Of a DNA stretch of 64,000 nt, positions 53,358-64,000 are shown one piece after another. The DNA lies in contig CAVVWD010000001.1 in NCBI GenBank assembly GCA_963751835.1, positions 8,636-72,635 of the forward strand. Direction: 5' to 3'. Source of the stretch: an uncultured Thermoleophilaceae bacterium (GTDB lineage Bacteria; Actinomycetota; Thermoleophilia; Solirubrobacterales; Thermoleophilaceae). A program made the position numbers and the translations under genes. Positions within the stretch are counted from its first letter, which is position 1; every line of letters begins with the position of its first letter. Below the pieces are notes generated by a model. The model searched no databases. It was not told the DNA's origin and worked only from the letters and a program-made list of their open reading frames with translations.

Positions 53358-54545
53358 CTAGTCGGGCACCGGCTCCGGCACGCGCAGCACTGGTTCGGCG
53401 AGCGGGTCCTGCACGCGCGCGATCAGCAGCGCCGAGATCGCCATGCCCGCGAACAGCACGAAGCCGAGCGCGCCGAAATCCGCCAGGGCCAGCACGCCGC
53501 CGCCCGCCGCCGCGCCGATCATGTAGCCGAGCTGCGAGCTCGCCGTGCGGGCGCCCATCATCGCTCCCGGTCGTCCTGGGAGCTGGGCGAGGCCGAGCGC
53601 GCTGGCCGCGGTCGAGCGCAGCGCGGCGAACATGGCCATCGCGCAGAAGAGGCCGAGCGTGAACCACACTGACGGCGTCAGGTTGAGCACCGGAACCAGG
53701 ATCGTGCCCATCAGCAGGGCCGACACGACAATCAGCGCCTTGCGCGGGACGCGTTCGGTGAGCCGGGCCGTATTCGTCGAGACGACGAGGAACACGATCG
53801 AGCCGACAGACAGCAGGAACCCCACCTCGGACTCGTCCACCCCGTAGTTCTCGATGTAGAACGCCCCCGCGTACGTCAGCTCGGCGGTCCAGGCCGAGTA
53901 GGCGACCAGCTCGGCGGTGCTCCAACGGCGAGCCGAGGGGTCGCGGAAGACCGCCGCGAGCCCGTCCCGCGCACCGCCGGCCTCGCCGCTTCGCCGGCCC
54001 CGCGGCGCGAGCGTGGCCGCCGCCAGCGCCAGTCCCGCGATCACGGCAGGCACCAGATAGGCGAGCCGCCATGAGCCGCCTTCGGCCAAAAGCCCGATCA
54101 CCGGGTTGCCCACTATCCACGCGACCGACTGCGCCCCCACCACCCAGCCGACCGCCCAGGCGGCCTGCTCCGCCCCGAAGTAGGCGGGCACGCCGGCGAA
54201 GCCCGCGGAGAGCAGGCATGCCACCCCGATGCCGGTGACCAGATGGGCGGCGTAGAAGGGGAGCAGCGAGGGAGCGGCGGCGGTGAGCCCGGCGCCCGCG
54301 AGCGCGAACAGCGCCCCGGCAAGGAGCAGCGGCCGCACGCCCGCCCGGTCGATCAGCGGCCCGATCGCGAGCGAGACCGCGACCGCCGTGGCGGCGAGCA
54401 CCGACCGGGCGAGGCCGACCTCGCTGAGGCTTGCGTCCAGGTCGCGCCCGATCTCGACCATGATCGGGGCGAGAACGACAATCGAGGACTGGGTCGCGAC
54501 TGTCGCCAGCACGAGCGGCAGGAGCGCCCGGCCGCGAGTGCTCAC
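53358..54545 (-). CDS. MFS transporter (12 TMS)
   Basis: 395 aa, hydrophobic throughout. GTG start overlaps the upstream stop (GTGA). Confidence 0.85.
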   Translation of the reverse strand: MSTRGRALLPLVLATVATQSSIVVLAPIMVEIGRDLDASLSEVGLARSVLAATAVAVSLAIGPLIDRAGVRPLLLAGALFALAGAGLTAAAPSLLPFYAAHLVTGIGVACLLSAGFAGVPAYFGAEQAAWAVGWVVGAQSVAWIVGNPVIGLLAEGGSWRLAYLVPAVIAGLALAAATLAPRGRRSGEAGGARDGLAAVFRDPSARRWSTAELVAYSAWTAELTYAGAFYIENYGVDESEVGFLLSVGSIVFLVVSTNTARLTERVPRKALIVVSALLMGTILVPVLNLTPSVWFTLGLFCAMAMFAALRSTAASALGLAQLPGRPGAMMGARTASSQLGYMIGAAAGGGVLALADFGALGFVLFAGMAISALLIARVQDPLAEPVLRVPEPVPD

Positions 54546-55645
54546 GAGCCGGCCGTGCGCAGCGCTCGCGAGGCCTCCCGCGCCGCGAGCCCGAAGCGCG
54601 GCTCGGGCTCCACCTCTCCACGCAGGACGGCAGCCACCTGCTCGGCGAAGGCCGGGCCGTGCTTATAGCCGTGGCCGGAGCCGCCACCGAGCAGCCATAC
54701 CCGCTCGTGCTCCGGGTGGCGGGCGAACAGGAAGTTCGCGTCCGGCGTTAGCGAGTAGTGGCAGACGGGCGCCGAGCGCACGCTCGCGCCCGCGAGCGCG
54801 GGGAAGCGGTAGCCCAGGTAAGCGGACGAGCGCCGGGTCCGCTCGTCGGTGGCCCGCTCGGGCCGCTCGTCCGGGTCGATTTCCGGGCCCTCGGCGTCGT
54901 TCGACACCTTCATCCCGTGCGGCTCGACGAGCCCGTGGCCGTAGAAGGAGCTGTCGAAGTCGAGCCAGCCCGGCACGGACGGGGTGGCCCACTCCGGCGG
55001 CGTATCGAACAGGCATACGTCCTGGCGCGTGACCCTCAGCCGCACCAGCGCGGGGAAGAGGCGTGCGAGCCAGGCGCCACAGGCCCAGATCACGTGGTCG
55101 GCTTCGAGCACCCGCCCGGCTGCCAGCGACACCCCCTCGCCGGCGGGCGAGGCAAGCGCCCGCTCCTCTCGCAGCCCGCCCTCGCGTGCCCGGGCCACGA
55201 GTGCCCGCACACCGTCCCCGGCGCGCAGCACTCCGGCCTCCGGCTCGAACAGCCCGAACTCGAGGTCATCGACACGTAGGCTCGGGAACAGACGCGCGGC
55301 CTCGGCCGGCTCGAGCCGCTCGACGGGAATGCCGGCGGCGCGCATCGCCTCCTCGCTGTTCGCCTCCCAGCCGCCGTCCCGGTGGACGAACCACACGACG
55401 CCGGCCTCGATCAGAACGCCGCGGCCCAGCTCGCGCCACAGCGATCGGCCCCTGTACGCAAGTTCTGTGTAAAGCTGGTCGGCGCCGTGCGAGTAGCGCA
55501 GCATGCGCGTCTCGCCGCCCGACTCCGAGCGCGGGTCCCCAGGCTCGTACCGGTCGACGAGCGTGACCTCCCACGCGTCGCGCACGAGGCGGTCGGCCAG
55601 CGCCGAACCGAAGATCCCGGCACCGACGACGAGTGCCGACGGCAC
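54542..55645 (-). CDS. FAD-dependent oxidoreductase (DAO/sarcosine oxidase-like)
   Basis: 367 aa. N-terminal VVGAGIFGSALA dinucleotide fold. GGGSGHGYKHGP near the C-terminus. Confidence 0.8.
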   Translation of the reverse strand: MPSALVVGAGIFGSALADRLVRDAWEVTLVDRYEPGDPRSESGGETRMLRYSHGADQLYTELAYRGRSLWRELGRGVLIEAGVVWFVHRDGGWEANSEEAMRAAGIPVERLEPAEAARLFPSLRVDDLEFGLFEPEAGVLRAGDGVRALVARAREGGLREERALASPAGEGVSLAAGRVLEADHVIWACGAWLARLFPALVRLRVTRQDVCLFDTPPEWATPSVPGWLDFDSSFYGHGLVEPHGMKVSNDAEGPEIDPDERPERATDERTRRSSAYLGYRFPALAGASVRSAPVCHYSLTPDANFLFARHPEHERVWLLGGGSGHGYKHGPAFAEQVAAVLRGEVEPEPRFGLAAREASRALRTAGS

Positions 55646-55649
55646 GGGT

Positions 55650-57410
<1,761 letters not shown>

Positions 57411-57451
57411 CGGGGGCCGGGAGGTTATCGACGCACTCCATAATGGGATGA

Positions 57452-59365
57452 GTGAAGAAGGCCGCCGCTCCGGTTGCCGCCGCGGCGGCTGCGCTCGCGC
57501 TCGCGGCGCCCGCCGAGGCCGGCTTGCAGTTCGAGCGCTGCGGTCTTTTCGGATTCCAGTGCGCGCGCCTGACCGTCCCGCTCGATCGGGCGGGCGCCGT
57601 TCCAGGCCGGGTCTCGCTGTTTGTCAAGCGGGTCCGTGCGCGCGTCCGGCCCGCCCGCGGCGCCCTGTTCGTCCTGGCCGGCGGACCGGGGCAGTCAGCC
57701 ACGGCGTCTTTCGGCGGCGACGCCCTGTCCATCCTGCACCCCACCTACCGGCGGCGCGACCTGATCATCCTCGACCAGCGCGGGACGGGGAGATCGGGCC
57801 TCCTGCGCTGTCGCCCCCTCGAGCGCGCCAACCTGCTCAAAGCCGGCGCGGCGGCGGGCCGCTGCGCGGCCGTGCTCGGGCCGCGACGGGCGTTCTACAC
57901 GAGCCGTGACTCCGTCGAGGACATCGAGGCGATCCGGCTCGCGCTCGGATACGAGCGCATCGCGCTGTTCGGAACCTCGTACGGGACGAAGGTCGCGCTC
58001 GGCTACGCGCTCGGCCACCCGGCGAACGTCGAGCGTCTCGTGCTCGACTCGGTGGTCGAAGCCGAGGGCCCGAACGGGCTCTACCTCGACACCCTCGAAG
58101 CCGTGCCACGCGTCCTGCGAGCGCTGTGCCGTTCGGGCTGCAGGGCGTTCACCGATGACCCGGTGGCCGACGTGCGGAGGCTGGTCGGGCGGCTGGCGCG
58201 GCGGCCGCTGCGGGGCCGGGTCGTGGGTCCCCGCGGGCGGGTCCTGCGCCGGTCGATGGACCGCGGAGACCTGTTTGCGGTCCTCCTCGGAGGCGATCTC
58301 AACCCCGGGCTCAGGGCGAGCTTTCCGGGCGCCGTCCGCGCGGCGCTTGCCGGCGACGCCGCCCCGCTGCTCCGCCTACGGTCGCGGGCCTTCGCGGTCG
58401 ACGGCACCCCGCCGCCACCGGGGGTGCTGAGCTCGATGCTCTACACCGCGACGACGTGCGAGGAGACGCGCTTCCCGTGGCTTCGCGCAACTCCGCCGGA
58501 AGAGGCATTGCGGCGAGCGCAGGCAGAGGCCACGGCGGCGATCCTTCCTGATGACGCGTTCGATCCGTTCGACCGCGCCACCGCGGTCGATAACGACCTG
58601 ATCGAGCTCTGCGGGCACTGGCCGGCGGCCGCCGCCGCGCCGGATTTCGCCCCCGGCCCGCTCCCGGACGTGCCGGTGCTTCTGATGGAGGGCCAGGACG
58701 ACCTTCGCACTCCGGTGGAGAATGCCCGCCGCGTCGCGGACCAGTTCCGGCGCTCACGACTGCTCGTCGCACCGGAGACCGGCCACGGGGCGCTCGGCGC
58801 CGACCGCTGCGCGAATGCGGCCTTCGCGAGGTTCATGCAGGGCAAGCGGTTCAGGACGAGCTGCCCCGGCGGGCCGCGGCTCTTCCCTGCGACGCCGCCC
58901 CCGCCGGCTCGCCTCGGCCGGGTGCGCCCCGTTGCGGGCGTGGCGGGGGTGCGCGGTCGCCTTCTGGCCGCCATCGAGCTGACCCTGCATGACGTCGGCG
59001 ACGATGCGCTCACCGCCCAGATCTTCGATCCCGAGGATCCCGACCTCGCCCGGGGCGGAGGCCTCCGCGCGGGCAGCTACCGCGTGGACCTGGCTCTGAC
59101 TCTCCAGCTCCGCCGCCTGGCGTTCGTGCCCGGCGTGCGGCTGACCGGCCGTGTGAAGAGCTTCTTCCGTTCACGGCGACGGCGCGGCCGCATCCGCGTG
59201 CTCGGAGGACGGGGTGTGCCGAGCGGCGTGGTCACGATCCGAGGGAGTCGCGTCCGCGGGACGCTCGGCGCCCGCCGCGTGAGCGCCCGGCTCGACCCGA
59301 CCCCGCAGGCCGCCAGGGTCCGCTCGATCGCATCGGTTCCTACCGCTTCACCGCGAACTCCATGA
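57452..59365 (+). CDS. secreted alpha/beta hydrolase (S33 tripeptidyl-aminopeptidase-like) with Arg-rich C-terminal extension
   Basis: Signal peptide MKKAAAPVAAAAAALALAAPAEA. GGPGQS, nucleophile elbow GTSYGT, and GHG near the catalytic His. Confidence 0.8.
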   Translation: MKKAAAPVAAAAAALALAAPAEAGLQFERCGLFGFQCARLTVPLDRAGAVPGRVSLFVKRVRARVRPARGALFVLAGGPGQSATASFGGDALSILHPTYRRRDLIILDQRGTGRSGLLRCRPLERANLLKAGAAAGRCAAVLGPRRAFYTSRDSVEDIEAIRLALGYERIALFGTSYGTKVALGYALGHPANVERLVLDSVVEAEGPNGLYLDTLEAVPRVLRALCRSGCRAFTDDPVADVRRLVGRLARRPLRGRVVGPRGRVLRRSMDRGDLFAVLLGGDLNPGLRASFPGAVRAALAGDAAPLLRLRSRAFAVDGTPPPPGVLSSMLYTATTCEETRFPWLRATPPEEALRRAQAEATAAILPDDAFDPFDRATAVDNDLIELCGHWPAAAAAPDFAPGPLPDVPVLLMEGQDDLRTPVENARRVADQFRRSRLLVAPETGHGALGADRCANAAFARFMQGKRFRTSCPGGPRLFPATPPPPARLGRVRPVAGVAGVRGRLLAAIELTLHDVGDDALTAQIFDPEDPDLARGGGLRAGSYRVDLALTLQLRRLAFVPGVRLTGRVKSFFRSRRRRGRIRVLGGRGVPSGVVTIRGSRVRGTLGARRVSARLDPTPQAARVRSIASVPTASPRTP

Positions 59366-59936
59366 AGGTTGCCCACCGGGACTGCCGCACGCCCCGGTTC
59401 TCCAGGTCGAGCGACTTCGTGAAGTCCTCGAAGAGGTGCTTGCCGCCTCCGAGGATGACCGGCGCGACGATGATGCCGAGCTCGTCGACGATGCCGGCAT
59501 CGAGCCCCTGCCGGATCACCTCGCCGCCGCCGCCGATGCTCACGTCCTTGTCCCCGGCGGCCTCCTTCGCCCGGTCGATCGCTTCCTCGAAGTCTCCGAC
59601 GAAGCTGAACTCGCCGGTATCGGGCTCCTCCTCCGGCCGGTGGGTGACCACGAAGACGGGCACGCCGAACGGGTTCTTGTCGCCCCAGTGCCCCGCGGCC
59701 TCGTACATGCTGCGGCCGATGACGATCGCGCCGACTCGCGCCATGATCTCGTTCAGGTACTCGGCGTCCTCGCCTTCGGGCTCGCCCTGCGGCTCGTTCT
59801 CGTAGCTCCATGGGCCGCCGAAAACCCAGTAGTGCAGGCGCTCCCCGCCTTCGCCGAGGCCCTTGCCCGGGCCGTCGTCCGGTCCGGTGATGTAGCCGTC
59901 CACCGAGGTCGTGATCCCCGCGATTACCTTCGCCAT
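59340..59936 (-). CDS. dihydrofolate reductase family protein (RibD C-terminal domain-like)
   Basis: 198 aa. ITTSVDGYITG and SIGGGGEVIRQGL...VAPVILGGG. Confidence 0.8.
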   Translation of the reverse strand: MAKVIAGITTSVDGYITGPDDGPGKGLGEGGERLHYWVFGGPWSYENEPQGEPEGEDAEYLNEIMARVGAIVIGRSMYEAAGHWGDKNPFGVPVFVVTHRPEEEPDTGEFSFVGDFEEAIDRAKEAAGDKDVSIGGGGEVIRQGLDAGIVDELGIIVAPVILGGGKHLFEDFTKSLDLENRGVRQSRWATFMEFAVKR

Positions 59937-60052
59937 CCGAGCTCACCTCATTCGCGCCGTCGTGCCTTGAGCATAGGCAGGCCCGTCTCGCAGTGGCGCT
60001 TGCGCCACTGTCAAGTTTCGCCCGCGACGGGCGCTGAGCACCCGCGTTCCCG

Positions 60053-61381
60053 TCAGGCGGCCAGCACCGCGTCGCGCTCAGGCTCTCGCGCCCGCGTCTG
60101 CGCCACGATCTCGCCGCCGCGCGCAGGGGTAAGGAAGATCGCGCGCCGGTTCGGGCGCTCGGGCCGCGTGTCCGCGGGACGGAGCTCGAGCCGGCGGGCG
60201 AGCGTCTGCAGCACGATCCGCATCTCGAGCTGCGCGAAGCTCGCCCCGATGCAGCGCCGGACGCCGCCGCCGAACGGGATCCAGGTGTAGGTCCCTCCCT
60301 GCCCCTCGAGGAAGCGCTCGGGCCGGAAGGCGAGTGGGTCCGGATACACGTCCGCGCGCCGGTGCATCAGGTAGATGCAGGGCGCCAGGTTCACTCCCGC
60401 CGGCAGCAGCCGGCCGCCGATCTCCATCGGCTCCTTCAGCCGCCGCAGCACGATCGAGACGGTCGGCCGCAGCCGCAGCGTCTCCTTGACCACGGCGTCG
60501 GCGTATTCGTCGTCGCCGTCGCGTAGGCGCTCGAGCATCTCCGGGTGCCGAACGAGCCGTTCGAGCGCCCACGTCAGCGAGGTCGCCGTGGTCTCGTGGC
60601 CGGCCACCAGCAGCGTCACGAGTTCGTCGCGCAGCTCCTGGTCCGACATCGGGCTGCCGTCCTCGTGCCGGGCCTGAAGCAGGAGCGACATGATGTCCTC
60701 GCGCTGCTCGAGGTCGCCGGCGTTGCGGCGTGCGCGGATCTCGTCGTACACGAGCGAGTCGGCCGGTTCGAGCACGCGCCGGAACAGCTTCATGCGCGCC
60801 ACACGCTTGGGCCCGAGCGCAGCGAGCAGGCCCATGCGGCGAGGGTCGCCGCTCCAACTGAGAGCGTCCGACAGCGATGCTCCGAGGCGCTCCTTGCGCT
60901 CCCCGTCCTGGACGCCGAAGACCGTTCGCATGATCACCTCGAGGGTGAGCGCCTGCATGCTGGGCAGGGCTCTCAGCGGGCGCCCGAGCGGCCAGCGGTC
61001 AAGCTCGGCTCGGGCGACCTCGGCGATCGTGCCGGCGTATCCCTTGAGTCGATCGCCGTGGAAAGGAGGCAGCATCAGCTTGCGCTGGCTCATGTGGGCG
61101 GCGTCGTCGAGGAGCAGCACGGAGTTGGTGCCGAGCACCGGCAGCAGCACGATGTTGGCCTCGCCGGCGTGGAGCAGCCGCGGGTCGCCCGTGAACACCT
61201 GTTTGACGGCATCGGGCTCGCTGAGGAAGACCCAGGTGCCCTCGTGGGTGATCTTGAGTGTGAAGCTGTCGCCGTAGCGGCGCCTGCACTCCTCCATGTA
61301 GGCGGAGGGGCGGACGAGCCAGCGGAGCGTCTGGAGTGCTCGAGGGGTCGTCGGGCCGGGCGGAAGCGTGGGGTTCACCAC
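60053..61381 (-). CDS. cytochrome P450
   Basis: 442 aa. AGHETT (I helix), ETLR (K helix), heme loop FGGGVRRCIG. Confidence 0.95.
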   Translation of the reverse strand: MVNPTLPPGPTTPRALQTLRWLVRPSAYMEECRRRYGDSFTLKITHEGTWVFLSEPDAVKQVFTGDPRLLHAGEANIVLLPVLGTNSVLLLDDAAHMSQRKLMLPPFHGDRLKGYAGTIAEVARAELDRWPLGRPLRALPSMQALTLEVIMRTVFGVQDGERKERLGASLSDALSWSGDPRRMGLLAALGPKRVARMKLFRRVLEPADSLVYDEIRARRNAGDLEQREDIMSLLLQARHEDGSPMSDQELRDELVTLLVAGHETTATSLTWALERLVRHPEMLERLRDGDDEYADAVVKETLRLRPTVSIVLRRLKEPMEIGGRLLPAGVNLAPCIYLMHRRADVYPDPLAFRPERFLEGQGGTYTWIPFGGGVRRCIGASFAQLEMRIVLQTLARRLELRPADTRPERPNRRAIFLTPARGGEIVAQTRAREPERDAVLAA

Positions 61382-61399
61382 CCAAACCGTACGGGACCC

Positions 61400-62422
61400 C
61401 TACGCCAGCGCGCGCCCCACCAGCTCCGCGTGCGCCTCCACCTCGCGCGCAAAACGCTCGAAGTCGTGCGCGTAGAGCTGCTGGGGCCCGTCGCAGAGCG
61501 CTACCTCCGGATCCTCAGCCACCTCGACGATGATCCCGTCGGCCCCCACCGCCGCGGCCGCCCGTGACAGCGGACCGACGAGCCGCCGGTCGCCCGAGGC
61601 GTGGCTGGGATCGACGATCACCGGCAGGTGCGTGTGCAGCTTCAGCCAGGGCACCGCGCCGAGGTCGAGCGTGAAGCGCATCGCGGTGTCGAAGGTCCTG
61701 ATGCCGCGCTCGCAGAGGATCACGCGCTCGTTTCCCTCCTTGAGCACGTAGTCGGCCGCCTGGAGGAGCTCGTCGAGGGTGGACGACAGGCCGCGCTTCA
61801 GGAGCACCGGCTTGCCGAGCTTTCCCACCACCTCGAGCAGCCCGTAGTTCTGCATGTTGCGGGCGCCGACCTGGATCACGTCGACCACCTCGGCGAAGCG
61901 GTCGGCCAGCTCCACCGCCGTCATCTCGCTCACGACCGGCAGGCCGGTCTCCGCGCGCACCTCGCCGAGGATGTCGAGGGCCTCGAAGCCGAGGCCCTGG
62001 AACGAGAACGGCGAGGTTCTGGGCTTGAAGGCGCCACCGCGCAGCATCGAGGCGCCGGCGGCGGCCACCGCCCGCGCCACGACGCGCGTCTGGTCGGGGG
62101 TCTCCACCGTGCATGGACCGGCGATCAGGCAGAAGGTCTCCCCGCCGCCCACGCGGCGGCCGTCGACCTCGAAGACGGTTGACTCGTGATGCGAGAGCTC
62201 ACTCGAGGCGAGCTTGTAGGGCCGTGAGATCGGGATCACCTGGTCGACGCCCGGCAGCCCCTCGAGGCCCATCTCGCGGACCCCCTCGGGATCGCCGATC
62301 GCCCCGATCGCGGTGGTGAGCTCCCCCGGCATCACCTTGGCGTGCACTCCCGCGGCCTCGAGTCGCTCGACGACCGCCTCGATCTGGGCGGGGGTCGCGT
62401 CGGGTGTCATCACGACCATCAC
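61400..62422 (-). CDS. aroF: 3-deoxy-7-phosphoheptulonate (DAHP) synthase, type I-beta with N-terminal ferredoxin-like/ACT domain
   Basis: 340 aa. GPCTVE, GGAFKPRTSPFSFQG, VGARNMQN, VDPSH. Confidence 0.9.
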   Translation of the reverse strand: MMVVMTPDATPAQIEAVVERLEAAGVHAKVMPGELTTAIGAIGDPEGVREMGLEGLPGVDQVIPISRPYKLASSELSHHESTVFEVDGRRVGGGETFCLIAGPCTVETPDQTRVVARAVAAAGASMLRGGAFKPRTSPFSFQGLGFEALDILGEVRAETGLPVVSEMTAVELADRFAEVVDVIQVGARNMQNYGLLEVVGKLGKPVLLKRGLSSTLDELLQAADYVLKEGNERVILCERGIRTFDTAMRFTLDLGAVPWLKLHTHLPVIVDPSHASGDRRLVGPLSRAAAAVGADGIIVEVAEDPEVALCDGPQQLYAHDFERFAREVEAHAELVGRALA

Positions 62423-62868
62423 GGGTTCAGGACGCTCGGCTCCGGGCGAGAGGCGCCAACGCCGGCCTCCTGCTGCGTGCGCATGCTCTTGAGGAACGCC
62501 CGCACCAGGGTTGCGACGCCCGTCAGCAGCAGCGCCACGGCGAGGATCGTCAACAGCAGGTCATCGAAGTCGCGGCCCGCCCACTCCTCGAGCAGCGACA
62601 GCACGTAGACGCCGCCCACGGCCGCCGGGACCGAGCCGAACGCCATCCACTTCGACAGCTCGAAGTCGACCGTCCGCTGGCGCCAGTGCTTGTAGCCGCC
62701 CACGGTCTTCGTGACAGCGGCGTAGGCGAGGTCGGTGCCGACGGCGGTGACGGGTGTGACCCCGAAGACGAGGATCAGCATCGGGGTCATCAGCGACCCC
62801 CCGCCGATGCCGGTCATTCCCACCAGGATGCCGACCCCGAGGCCGAAGCCTATGAGGGCTAGGTCCAT
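62419..62868 (-). CDS. TauE/SafE (DUF81) family membrane protein, half-length (149 aa)
   Basis: GILVGMTGIGGGSLMTPML and four predicted TM helices only. The stop overlaps the aroF start. Confidence 0.7.
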   Translation of the reverse strand: MDLALIGFGLGVGILVGMTGIGGGSLMTPMLILVFGVTPVTAVGTDLAYAAVTKTVGGYKHWRQRTVDFELSKWMAFGSVPAAVGGVYVLSLLEEWAGRDFDDLLLTILAVALLLTGVATLVRAFLKSMRTQQEAGVGASRPEPSVLNP

Positions 62869-62897
62869 GAGCGGAGGAGCCTAGTCAGCGCGCGGGC

Positions 62898-64000
62898 CTA
62901 CAGGACCATCCCCGCACCGACGGTGTCGTTCGTCGACTCGTCGATGAGGATGAAGCTGCCGGTCGCGCGGTTGCGCCGGTACTGGTCCACGAACAGCGGA
63001 GACGAGAGACGGATGTTGAGGCGGCCGATCTCGTTGAGCCCGAGTCTGGTGGCCTGCTCGTCGCGGTGCAGGGTGTTGACGTCGATGCGGTAGCGCACGT
63101 CATCGACCTTGGCGAGCGCTGTGCGCGTCGTGTGCTTGATCCGGTAGCGGCCGGACGGTGACAGCGGGCGCTCCGACATCCAGCAGACCATGGCGTCGAT
63201 CTCGCGCGCCTCGATCGGCCGGTTGTGGTCGCGGCAGATCATGTCCCCGCGCGAGACGTCGACGTCGTCCTCGAGTCGCAGCGTGACCGACAGGGGCGGG
63301 TAGGCCTCCTCCATCTGGCCGTCGTAGCTGTCGATCGCGGCGATGCGGCTCTCGCGCCCGGAGGGGAGCACGACGACCTCGTCGCCGGCGCGGAACACGC
63401 CCGAGGCCACCTCGCCGGCGTAGCCGCGGTAGTCGTGGTGCTCGTCGGACATCGGCCGGACCACCCACTGGACGGGGAAGCGCGCGTCCTGCAGGTTGCG
63501 GTCCGAGGCCACGAAGACGTGCTCGAGGTGGTAGAGCAGCGACGTGCCCTCGTACCAGGGCATGCGGTCGGAGCGCTCGACCACGTTGTCGCCGTGCAGC
63601 GCCGAGATCGGGATGAAGGTCAGGTCGTGGACGTCGAGCTTGGCTGCCCAGCCCGAGAACTCGTCGGTGATCCGCTCGAAGACGCCCTGGTCGAAGTCGA
63701 CCAGGTCCATCTTGTTCACGCACACGACCATGTGCGGGATGCGCAGGAGCGAGGCGATGAAAGCGTGCCGGCGGGACTGCTCGAGCACTCCCTTGCGTGC
63801 GTCCAAGAGGATCAGCGCAAGGTCGGCGGTCGACGCGCCCGTGACCATGTTGCGCGTGTACTGCTCGTGGCCGGGCGTGTCGGCGATGATGAACTTGCGC
63901 CGGGGCGTGTGGAAGTAGCGGTAAGCCACGTCGATCGTGATGCCCTGCTCACGCTCGGCACGCAGGCCGTCGGTCAGCAGGGCGAGGTTCACGTAGCCGT
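62898..64000 (-). CDS. cysN: sulfate adenylyltransferase subunit 1 (GTPase), 5' end outside window
   Basis: Frame is open to nt 64000. EREQGITIDVAYRYF, DTPGHEQYTRNM, NKMDLV and the EF-Tu-like domains II/III. Confidence 0.9.
   Translation of the reverse strand, partial: GYVNLALLTDGLRAEREQGITIDVAYRYFHTPRRKFIIADTPGHEQYTRNMVTGASTADLALILLDARKGVLEQSRRHAFIASLLRIPHMVVCVNKMDLVDFDQGVFERITDEFSGWAAKLDVHDLTFIPISALHGDNVVERSDRMPWYEGTSLLYHLEHVFVASDRNLQDARFPVQWVVRPMSDEHHDYRGYAGEVASGVFRAGDEVVVLPSGRESRIAAIDSYDGQMEEAYPPLSVTLRLEDDVDVSRGDMICRDHNRPIEAREIDAMVCWMSERPLSPSGRYRIKHTTRTALAKVDDVRYRIDVNTLHRDEQATRLGLNEIGRLNIRLSSPLFVDQYRRNRATGSFILIDESTNDTVGAGMVL

Overview
The window is a very GC-rich, GC3-biased chromosomal segment. 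Gene content points to an actinobacterium-like genome: F420/Ddn-type reductase, GpgS, DtxR/IdeR-type regulator, LigC, an ECF42-YciI module, a Ser/Thr kinase and Arg-rich secreted proteins. I infer a Thermoleophilia-like (Conexibacter/Solirubrobacter-type) origin, not proven. I find about 60 protein genes and one tRNA. I find no rRNA, no CRISPR array and no intact IS element or transposase.

Most of the window is core or metabolic:
- sucCD, biotin carboxylase, DAHP synthase, cysN
- several aminotransferases, amidase, Zn-ADH, P450, SDR
- a phaC / acyl-CoA dehydrogenase / phaZ cluster
- a gpgS / HAD phosphatase / glycerate kinase (glucosylglycerate-type) module
- a MrfA-like DUF1998 helicase, LigC, and two TetR regulators (one paired with a DHA2 MFS pump)

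The observations most worth a second look are:
1. A tRNA-Phe(GAA) integration hotspot. Two nested copies of the tRNA 3' half delimit two tandem, decayed islets (16.0-22.1 kb). They contain a tyrosine-recombinase remnant and a proline-free collagen-like secreted protein.
2. A secreted SGDH-type beta-propeller whose sequence blocks run in circularly permuted order, with an Arg-rich Ig-like tail.
3. About 15 single-base frame disruptions between 6 and 48 kb. All eight singly hit genes span 3n+1 nt, which most likely reflects consensus or polishing error rather than biology.
4. Candidate regulatory sites: a CsoR-type palindrome upstream of a His-rich DUF4396 gene, an ECF42-type promoter ahead of yciI-yciI-sigma, and TetR operator palindromes.
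5. A 185-nt inverted-repeat structured element in a 280-nt convergent spacer.

I do not see a clear novel multi-gene system such as a defence system. All family assignments come from motifs read by eye, and no database search was possible.
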